A stretch of DNA of 64,000 nt from positions 10,287 through 74,286 of the forward strand of contig PFUL01000183.1 of the NCBI GenBank assembly GCA_002790095.1, given 5' to 3'. A program made the position numbers and the translations under genes. Shown in pieces: positions 36,096 through 46,025 of this stretch; positions within the stretch are counted from its first letter, which is position 1; the number at the start of each line of letters is the position of its first letter. Origin of the DNA: Elusimicrobia bacterium CG_4_9_14_3_um_filter_62_55 (GTDB lineage: Bacteria > Elusimicrobiota > Elusimicrobia > UBA1565). A model generated the notes under the pieces. It was given only the letters and a program-made list of their open reading frames with translations. It was not told the origin of the DNA and made no database searches.

Positions 36096-36130
36096 GAAGG
36101 GCCCATCCGGGCAGTCCGGATGGGCCCTTC
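36096..36130 (+). terminator. Perfect 15-bp stem / 5-nt loop hairpin between the 932-aa gene and giant gene 2
   Basis: GAAGGGCCCATCCGG-GCAGT-CCGGATGGGCCCTTC. No downstream T-tract, so it may be an attenuator, a processing site or a stabiliser rather than a full terminator. Confidence 0.4.
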
Positions 36131-36195
36131 GGGTATAGGGGACCTGGGCCGATTTGGACTGGCCGCATCAGGACTTCGGGGCTATATATGAGGTA

Positions 36196-39100
36196 ATGAA
36201 GGACCCACGCCCCTTGGGACTTTCGCCGAAACGAGCGCGCCGCGCCGCGGAGCTCTCGCTCGTTTGGTCGCTCTGTTTGGGGATGTCCTTCCCCGCTCCC
36301 GCCTGGGTGTACGCGGAGCCGACCTACCAAGACAAAGGCATCGTCCGCTCCGCGAACCCCGCCGCCGAAGCCGACCTCGCGCGGAAGGAATTTCTCAACA
36401 CGAAAATCCTTCGCGGCGAAGACGATCCGGTCAAAGAGTATCTCTTTGACTCCGGCACCAAGCAGCTGACTGAAATGGGTCAGTTGATGTTCAACATGCT
36501 TTCCCAGGCCCAAGGCGCACAGCGCCAAGGGGAACTTAAGGAATTGACCCAGAGACTCGACGCGATGGTCGTGAACCTGCGCAGCGCCGGGGCCTATACG
36601 CCGGCCAAAAAGGCCGAGGTGGAGAGGGGCCTGAAGGATCTCAAGAAGCGCTACGGCGGCCTGCTCGACGCGGTCACCAAGGACACGGAGTCGACCGATC
36701 TTTTCAGCGCGCATCTGCGCCTGAACACGATGTTCGACGCGATGTCCCAGCGCGAAGAGAAGGCGCTGGGTCCCGGCGACGTGCGGATGCATCAGACGGA
36801 ATCGGGCATCTACTACTACGACCGGGACGGAAAGCTCCTCTATAAGACCAACAAGAACCGGGTCATCATTTTCAACCAGCAGCTGCTCGATCAGCAAAAG
36901 GCGATCAACTCCCGCCTGTCGCAAAACGGGACCTTCGGCATGCCGCCGGATTGCCCGAAGCGCATCCGGGAGAGCGGACGCTTCCAGCACGATTTGATGC
37001 TTTACAGCTGGTGCGACCAGAAGGTCCGGGTCGACGCCATCGGCGAGCTCAAGCGCCGCCAGCGCGTGATCCTGATGGCGGCCTTGGTCGGGCATCAGCT
37101 CGGCAGCGAAATCAACAACAAAGACAAACTGATCGCTCTCGAAAAGCAGCTCGAGAAGGAGCAGATTACCTCCGGAAGCTGGGTCCCGGGTTTTGCGGCG
37201 GAGTACGGCCGGAAATTCGGGGTGTTCGACGACAGCTCGTTCCCGATGGCCGGGGACCTGATCAATGATAAATTCACCAAGTACAACGGGTATCTGGTTC
37301 AGCTCAACGACGCCTTGGCGGTGTACCGGGACCGCATCGACGCCTACCAGGGCGCCGACACGATCACCAACGATCAGCTCAAGCAGTTGAAGGCGCAAGA
37401 GAGACTCGTCTCCCGCTTCATGGCGTTGACCCAGATGGAAGCTCTGCGGGTTCAAACCGAGTTCATGATGGAGACGCTGAGCTATGAGGTGGAGAAGGGA
37501 GCGGACGGAAAGGAGCGGCTTCGCCGCGTGGAGCTCTCCCCCGATTCGATCAACTACGTCCGGGCGGTTCGGACGGCGGGTTTGAGCGGTCCCCAGCAGA
37601 AGAAAATGTTCGAACAGTGGCACGCAATGGCCAATCGGTTTTACCGCCTCAGTCGCGGCTACGACAACATCGAAGAGCAGCTGAACGCCTCGGACATCAA
37701 CTCCGACTTGAAGAAGCCCAATATCGCGCTGATGGCGGCCGAGGCGGACCTTCAAGTGCTTCAGCGGGATTACTCCAATTTGATGCAGATGCCTCAACTG
37801 CTGAAATTCACGAAGGACCAGACCGACGGAAGTTGGTGGCACTGGACCGCGCCGGTGACGCGTTTCGCGTTCGAGGCCGCCAACGCGATCAGCGGCGGAG
37901 AGAAGGGTCTCGACTGGGGCGGGCAGTACGTGCGCGCTCGCGGCGAAATCGACAAGATGGCCCCGAAGGTCGAGGGGGTCGTGACGCTTCTCGCCGACGG
38001 GAGGTACCGCGACGCGGCGATGGCCGTGGTCACCGCCGACGAAGGGGCGTTGGCGACGCATTTGAGACTCTCGGTCGGGACGCGCTACGACGATATCAAG
38101 CTTACCGACAAGGCGGCCGCGGTTTTGGCGAAGTACCAGGAGAATCTCGGTCACGTCCAGACCGTTCACAACTACTCCAGCATCCCCATCGATATCGTCA
38201 AGTGGAGCGTGTTCCTGGGCGTAGGCTCGAAGGCGGCGGGCTGGGCGTCGCGCGGCGTGTATCAGACGATCGCCGGGCGCTCGCTGGCAGCGGGCGCCGA
38301 AGTGGGCGCGTTCCGGCGAGGAACCGCGGAGATCTTCAAGCACATGGCGATCCGCTTCGAGACCTTGGGGCCCGAATTCCAGACGAACATCTTCAAGGAC
38401 ACCGCCTATCGGTTCGCGAATTCGATGGCGCGCATCACCGCGTTCGCCGGGATGATCGCCCCGATCGGCGGCTCCGTGACGACGATCCAGCATCTCGCGT
38501 CGGGCGAAAAATCCCAGTTCAGCGGGGCCGGGGACGCGTTCTTCCAAGGGAGCGTGAGCACCGCGAAATGGGCGGCGGAGAATCCGTTCATCCTTTTCGT
38601 CAACATCCCCTATACCGCGTTCTCCGGAACGCGGGCGCAGGGGGTCGCGGAGTCCCTCGCGAACCGGGGGCTTGTCGGCAACGTGTGGGCGGGCGGCTGG
38701 AAGAGCGCCCAAGGCGCGGTCAACCTGGGCGGCCGCGCGAAGGCGTTTTTGAGCGGACAAACCTTCACGAAGGCGACCTTCGCCGACCGGGTTCTCGCCC
38801 GCACGGCGCTCAACGGGCCCGGCGCGACGAAATGGCTCGAGAATCTCGCCGAGCGCGGGATGGCCGGCAAGGCGGCCTCCACGTCGCTCGGCTTCCTGCG
38901 CGCGGGCATCACCAACATCGACCATGTCGGCAAGTTCTGGGCGTTCGGGCAGACGGCCGGCTATGTCGGACACCATCTCAGCTACAACCTGCGCTCGCTG
39001 CGAATCAACGACGGTCCCGGCCTCGGCGTCGACGGCAAGCCGATCCCGGAAGAGCAGCAGAGTTGGGTGTACCGCAACGTGACGGACCGTCTTGTGCCGC

Positions 39101-42100
39101 GCTACGAAGCGAACGAAAACCGACGCATCAAGCGCGCGCTGCAGGACCAACTGCATTGGTCCGAGTCCTATGTCTGGATGCTGCTTCCGATGCACCCCGC
39201 GCAGGCCTCAGAGACTCAGGACGCGATCCAGAACAAGATCGGAAACGACCAGTTCATCAAGTCGAAGGACACGGCCGCCCTTTTGGAAATGGCGAACGCG
39301 AATCCGCAGGGCGTTGAAGGCGCCCAGCCGCTTAAGATGCTCTATTTTGAGAAAGCGCCGCTTTTCCAGCGCGTCATGACCTACCGCTTCGGCCGCCGCC
39401 TGCAGGCGAACGAATTCTACGCCTCGCGGGAATCCATCGAAGAAGCGACGAAACGGCTGCTCCGGGACGAGGTGAAGGAAAAAACCGGACAGGACCCTCA
39501 CCAGCAGCCCTGGAAGTATCTCGAGATGCTCGGCATCGAGGACGGCCAGATGCTCGGCCGGCTGCGGATGCGGGAATATACGCGCAACGCGCTCACCGAG
39601 CAGGCCGAACTCGCGTTCCGCGACCACCCGAATCTCGCAAAACGGATTATCGACGCGAAACCCTCTTCGGTGGTGGAAGGCGTCGGCACGCTGAGCCGCC
39701 CGCTGCTTGAGGAAGTGGCGTTGGTGGTCCGTCACGCCGGCAAGGTCGGCGGTTCCAAAAACCCGTTCACGACGGCGGAGTATAAAGGGACCGTCGCGAA
39801 GGCGGAGACGATTCTCGAGCCGTACTTCAAGTCCCGGGGCCCCCGCGACGCGGCGGCGACGGAGTTGAAGGCGCATCTCGACAAGCTCGGGCCCCGGTCG
39901 GAGCCGCTTCAGCGCTACCTCGACAACTTCCTCGAGACGGTGCAGGAATGGGGCGCGCGCGCCAAGGCGAAGAGCGCCAACCTAGAGCATTACACCGAAC
40001 TCCTGAACCGGGCCGAGAACGAGATTTCCCAAACGAAGGGGCTCAGCAAGGGAGAAGCGGACGCGGTGAAGTCCGCGATCAAGTACCTGCGCGCGGTCGA
40101 GACCCGCTTCAACTACTTCAACAACGGCGAATACTTCATGGCCCGCAGCGGCGAGGCGTTCGACGTGGCCGTGAACAAGGCCGGGTCGACTTCGAACGCG
40201 ACGCGCTTGAAGGCCGAGATCGCGAAAATGAAGGAGACGGTGACGGCCTTCATGCGCGAGAAGGGAATGGTCGAGGGGCAAGGGAATCTAACGGCCATGG
40301 GCAAGGACCGCGGCGCGGCGGTGTCCGAAAATCCCGGCGGCGACAAGTTCAGCGCGATGGTCAAGGAGCTCGACGGCCGCGTAAAGACGCTGGCCAACGA
40401 CCCTTCGATTTCCCGTTCGGACGCCGCGCTGCTCGGGGAACTCGTCAAGAACATCGAAGGCGCGCCGTGGCTGCTGCGCAATTCGAAGGGCTTCAACCTC
40501 CAGGGGTGGCGCCCCGTCCAGTTTGAATCGTTGGCGTGGTTCATGAGGGCCCTGCTCGAGGGGAACTCGACGGGCAACACCCTGCGCATTTTCCTCAAGC
40601 TCAAGACCGGCGGCGGAAAGACCTTGGTGGCCACGGAAGGGATGTGGTCGTTCATCGAGGCGGATGCGAAGGCTCAGGGCCGCAAACCGGTGCTTTTGAC
40701 GCCTCAGGAAAACCTCGTTCAGCAGATGGAGGCCGAACTTAAGGCGACGCGCAACTACGGGGACATCAAGGTCACGACCTGGAGCAAGCTCAACGCCGAA
40801 CTCGCCCAGCGCAAGGTCGGATCCTCGGGAGACAAGGACGCGACGATCAAGGCGAACTCAACCGAGGAACTCTACATCGTCTCGGACGAATACGACGCGC
40901 CGTTCCTCGCGCCGGCGACGACGATCGGCCAGCAATTGGCGACGATCAGCCGGGTCAACGAGGGGCTCAACATCCTGCGCCGCACCGGCGACCGGATGAG
41001 CGAGCTCATCAACGATCCTCAGACGAATCTGCGCACCCAGCTCGAATACTACACGAAGACGATGCGCATGCACTCCTTGGAACTCGCCGATCACCCCGGC
41101 TACGCGAAGCTCGCCGACGGCGTCGCGAAGCTCGAGAGGGCGGTGCGCGAACTGCACAAGCTGCAAACCCAGTCCGGCAAGCCCACGGCCGGCAGGGCCG
41201 AGGCGATCAAGACGCAAGTGGAGGCGATCCGTCAGCTTGTCGACGGGCGCCCGGTTCCCGGCGTCGGCAAACAGGGCGGACTCACCCAGATGGTCGAGGG
41301 GATGAAGATTGAAAACCCTTGGGGGAAGGGTCGGAAGGTTTTGGAAAGCGGGGTGGAGTCGATCCGCACCCAGGCGAATCAATTGCTGGAGATCAAGGAT
41401 CCGGCGTCGGCGGCGAAATCGCTCGGCCGCGGCGGAAAGGTCAACGAGGCGATCAAGGCCATCGAAAAAATGATCGCCGCCGAGTCGAACGGCATCGTCG
41501 GACGCTCCCCGTCGGCCATCGAGCTCGGATCCAAGACCAGCTCATTCCGGTCGCGGCTCGAAAGTCTCGTCGATCGCGTAAGCGGACAAAACAAGACCTT
41601 GCTGGAAGCGGCAAAAACCCTCGAGACCCGCTCGGCCGAAGTCGAGTCGCTCAGGAGCAAGCTGAAGGGGATGGAGGCCGGCGCACAAGCGCGCCGTGCC
41701 GTCGAAACGGATTTGCAGCGCGCGGAGATCGAATTACGCTCCACCGTCCAGGCGGTCGACAAAATCGTTTCGGTGGACGCGCAGAAGCCGCTCGTTGAAT
41801 TCGCCTCCGGAGACGCCGTCGAATCCGGCCATCTGAGCGTTTCCGCTCGGCGCCTGCGCCTGCGCTTGGGCGAATTGACGGCGGAGGTTTCGCCCGGCAA
41901 GTCCAAGGTCGGGGAAATCACGAACCTGATCACGGAGCACGCCAGACGGCAAGGATCGACGCTGCAGAGCGCCGCCTCCCGCGAGGTCCTCTCCTTGGCC
42001 GACGGTCAGAGCCGCATCATCCATTCCCGCCCGCCCGAGGCGGCGCACAGCCTGCGGCGCGTCGCGGATTTGGGCCGGAACGTGCTGGAGACCCTCGAGA

Positions 42101-45100
42101 AGCCCTCTGAGTTCGTTCCGTCGAAGGGGAAGAAGGTCGGCTTGCTCGATCGCCTGCGCGGCCGCGACGCGCTTCGCTCGGAAGTGGATCAACTGCTGGG
42201 TCAGCAGGAACAGGCGGTGCACTACAGCCGGCTCAACACGGGCAAGCAGATGAAGGAACTCCTCGAGGTGGCCTCCAAGCTGCGCTCGATCGAGGCGGGT
42301 CCGAAGGCGTCTCAGGTGGAGGCCCTCGCCTCGCAGATCCGGGACTTGAACCTTCAAAAGCAGATTCTGCTCAAGGACGGCCGCAGTACGACCGCCATCG
42401 ACCGTCAGATTTCATCCTTGACCGCGCAAAAGACGAAATTGTCCCGGACGCCTTTGGCCGATGAGGTTCAGGCGATGGCGGAGCGACTGGGCAAGGACGC
42501 TTCCGCCGCCGAGGCCGCGAAGGTCGACGCCCTGCTTGAAACCTTCAAGACCCGCGTCGCTCGCGGCTCCGCCGCCGAATCCCTGCTGGCTCGCGTCGAA
42601 ATCGTGCAAAACGGACTGCGGGTGCGCGACGTGCTCTCGGAGAACACGCGCCGGATCCGCCACGAGATGGACATGCGTCAGGAAGGCTGGCGCGACCGCG
42701 TGCGCGAACTCGTCGCCGAACGCAACGGGATGTTCGAACAAACGGTGTCCAAGCGCAACGCGGTCTACGAGGTATACGAGCGGATGATGCAGGCCATGGC
42801 GAGCGACCGCTACGGTTTCCTCTCTCATCAGAGCTCGCCCTTGGCGGAACTGCTCCATCAGAAGAAGGTCATTGAGGCGCCCGAAGTCGCCGCGAAGACG
42901 ATGCGGCGCCAGGCGGCCTCCCTCGTCTCGAAGCTGCGCGAGGTCGAAGGCCATTACCGCCGGATGCAGGCCGAGGCCGAGGGGCAGTTGAAGACGCTGA
43001 AGACGAAAAACGCGCCCGCGTCGCAGATCGAACTGGCCGAGGCGCGGGTGAAGGAGGCGAAGCTGCAGTTCGCCGAAGCGGCCGACGCCCTCGCCGAAGC
43101 CAAGTTCAATTACCGGACGACGAGGACGATCGCCGACCGCCTCAACGGGCTGATCGATTACGCCCCGGAAGGCAAAGGCCCCAACGCCGAAGCCCTGAAA
43201 ACCCAGCGCGCGGAGTTGTTCCGGTTGGTCGAGGAACTGACCGCCAAGAACTCCAAGCTCGGAGAACTGAAGGCGAAGCGGGTCGATTCGAAGTCGCCGG
43301 AAGCGAAACAGATCGAGACGCTGGAATTCGAGGCGAAGCAGATGCAGTCGCGGTTGGAGGGATTGCATAAACAGGTTTCCCAGATGAACCGCGAAGTCGC
43401 CACCGAGGCGCTTGAACAGAAGCTTTCCGAAGCTGAAACCGCCGAAGCACGCGCGGAATTCAAGGTGAAAGCGGCGAAATCCCCGGAAATGCTCCAGCTT
43501 GCCCGTCGTGAATTGACTCTCGCGCGTTTCGAAAAGGGCGTGGCGAAAGGACTTGTGGAACTGCAGGTGAGCGGCGTCAAGAAGGCCCCGATGGAATTCC
43601 AGGCGCTCAAGCAAACCCGTGACGCCGCCTGGGCCCGCCGCCAGCGGATCAACGAGACCCTGCAGCAGGAGAAGGCCAAGCCCGAGGGGTCGCGGAGCGA
43701 AGAGAAGATCCGCACGGCGTCCGAGCAGATCGAGTGGCTCGACGCGCAGATGCTCGAAATCGGCAAGCAGCTCTATCAGTTCCAAAAGAAACTGGCTCCC
43801 GGCGTTCTCGAACTGGCCCAGAATCACGCCGGGTCCTCGGCGAGCAAGTGGCGCTCGAAGCTCGACCCGCTTATCGGCGAGTCCGTCGAAGGCGGCGTCC
43901 CGACCGAGTTGGCGCGCCTGAGGAACCTGCGGAGCGAGTTGATGCAGCAGCGCGGCGAACTCGCGGGCAAGCACGCGGTCGTGGACGCCGAACTCGTCAT
44001 CGAGGCCGAATTCGCCAAGAACGGCAGTCCGCTGAGCAAATTGAGCGCCGAAGCGCGCCGCTCGATGCGCTCGCTCGCGGAGTCGGCCGACGGCCTCAAA
44101 GCCGAGGGACTTCCCAAAACCGTGCGCGAAGCCGCCTCGCGCTTTGAAAAAGCCGCCGGGGAGAGCGCGAAGACGCTGGAGTCCGGTTCGGGCGGATACG
44201 AACGGACCAACGGGCTGACCCGGGCCCGCGCGGAGGCAGGCCGGCTGACGTCGGAACTGCGCCGGGCGCTTGAAAACCAGAATCTGCCGAAGTCCCAGCG
44301 CGCGCTGTTGGAGACCAAGGCTCAGGCGTTGGAGCGGGGCGGGGAGAAGGTGAAGACCGCCCAGGAATCGCTTGCCGCTCGCTTGGAGACGGTGCGCGAA
44401 GCGTCGCGCCCGAAGGAGACGATCTCCCCCACCGAAGCGCTCGACCTGCAGCTCGCCGAGATTAATAAGGGAATCCGCGCCCTTGAGGGCCTTCGGGAGC
44501 CCGTACGTTCGATGGGCGGTCGCTACGATCCCGCGTCTCCCGGGTCGGCGCAACAGCATCCCGCGTTGGAAGTTCAGCGCCGCGCCCTGGAGAACGACCC
44601 CGCCAAGGCGAAGGCCGCCTACGAGCGGAAGCTCAAGAAGCTGGCGGGCCGATTTACCGCGGAACTCAACGACGCCTTCGCCGCCGAGCCCTTCCTGGCC
44701 CCCGAGGTCAGCGCCCAGATGTTCTGGAACATCAACGGGATGTACGCGTGGGCCAAGGGGATCCCGGTCATCGGCAAGTACCTGTTCCGCGGCCGTCCTT
44801 CGCCTTGGGTGCAGCGCGAGTTGGTGAACATGGCGACCGGGCACCACAACGAGGTTTCCGACGTGCGCTTCGACGGGCAGACGAAGAAGGTCGTTCCGAT
44901 CCATCTCGGGGAATGGATGCCGACGATGGACATCGGCACGCGGCGCTTCTGGGAGCTTCACTTCAAGACCGGCCTGACGATGCCCTATGAGCATCAGGCG
45001 TTGGTCAACATGCGCAACTTCGTGACCGACAGCCCGAAGCTGCCGATCATCGGGTTCTCGGGCACGGTCGGAAAGGTGCTGCTCTCGCAGCTTCAGGCGA

Positions 45101-45984
45101 AGTCCGGCGGCTTCCGCGTCGTCGGAACGGGATCCGCCGGCTTCCCGAACGTCGGGATGCAGGTGGTTCCGTCGGCGACGGCGCGCTTCCAACTGATCGC
45201 GAATTCGCTGGTCGAGTCGATCGAAAACCCGGGGACGAAGCGGATCACGGTCGTCAACCACGCCAATTCGAAGGACCTCAAGCAGATGCGCCGCTATCTG
45301 CTGCGGACGGGGCTGGTCTCGGAAGGAGAGATCACGATGATCTTCTCCGACGCCGTGGCCCTGGGCGAGACGATGCCGCAGGCGAACGTGCGAAAGACGA
45401 TGAATTTAGGCGCGCTTGATACCGGCCGCGCGCGCATCGTCCTGATGGATACGCGCGTCGCGGGACGCGGTCTCGACCTCAACTGGAAGGGAGGCGGATA
45501 CAGGAAGGTCGACGTCTACTTCATGGACCCGCACAAGATCTCGCAGGTGCACGAGGTTCAGGCGGGCGGCCGCGTCGACCTCGACCGACTCCTGCCCGGC
45601 GCGGAGCGCACCTTTACGCGCGTGATCGACATCGCGAGCGCGAAGAACGACCCCGCCTTCCAGGAGGCGATGCTTTTCCACCCGCAGTTCCGCTCGATCT
45701 ACTACGAACTGATGAACAATCCGCCGCCGAGCCTGCGCCAAAGTATGTCGATGCGCGGCGTCGGGACCGCCGACTGGCAGGCGCGCCACGATTGGATCAT
45801 GTCCTTGCCCAAGGACAACCCGATCCGGCTGTCCTACTTCAACCTATTCACGGATTACGTGCGCAATTCGCAGCTGGAAGAGGAAGTCAGTCAGCTCAAG
45901 TCGTCGCGCTTCCTTGAGGGTCCGAACATGAATATCCCCGCGCATGCCCCCGCGCTGCATTGGGCCCCGAAGCTGTCCCGCTAA
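36196..45984 (+). CDS. Giant protein 2 (about 3262 aa): signal peptide, about 650-aa N-terminal region, hydrophobic cluster, helical region, and a split SecA-type (DEAD-like) ATPase with a giant coiled-coil insertion
   Basis: Uninterrupted 9.8-kb ORF. ATG at 36196 gives [42 protein letters not shown]; the alternative TTG at 36154 is the ORF-track start. Hydrophobic segments near 38190-38630. ATPase motifs are listed in the sub-features. Confidence 0.9.
   Translation: [3262 protein letters not shown]
40504..40925 (+). other. SecA-like nucleotide-binding domain 1 (motifs I and II)
   Basis: [19 protein letters not shown]...[13 protein letters not shown] (Walker A at 40603-40623) aligns by eye to SecA [10 protein letters not shown]...[29 protein letters not shown] corresponds to [27 protein letters not shown] (DEYD at 40885-40896) corresponds to YALVDEVDSILIDEA. 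Confidence 0.7.
40926..44991 (+). other. Insertion of about 1,385 aa, predicted helical/coiled coil, between ATPase motif II and motif III
   Basis: E/K/R/A/L/Q-rich heptad-like sequence throughout. It occupies the position where SecA carries its roughly 160-aa preprotein cross-linking domain. Confidence 0.65.
44992..45640 (+). other. SecA-like motif III and nucleotide-binding domain 2
   Basis: [26 protein letters not shown] (45052-45066) corresponds to SecA [45 protein letters not shown] (45457-45480) corresponds to [30 protein letters not shown] is a degenerate version of NQLRGRSGRQGD. SecA helical scaffold, wing and C-terminal domains are not seen. Confidence 0.7.
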
Positions 45985-45985
45985 A

Positions 45986-46008
45986 TTCCGCTTAATTTAA
46001 AAGCGGAA
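45986..46008 (+). terminator. Stem-loop after giant gene 2 (TTCCGCTT-AATTTAA-AAGCGGAA) followed by A/T-rich sequence
   Basis: 8-bp stem starting 2 nt after the TAA stop, followed by ATCAAATTAATT. A weak intrinsic-terminator candidate. Confidence 0.4.
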
Positions 46009-46025
46009 ATCAAATTAATTCGCCC

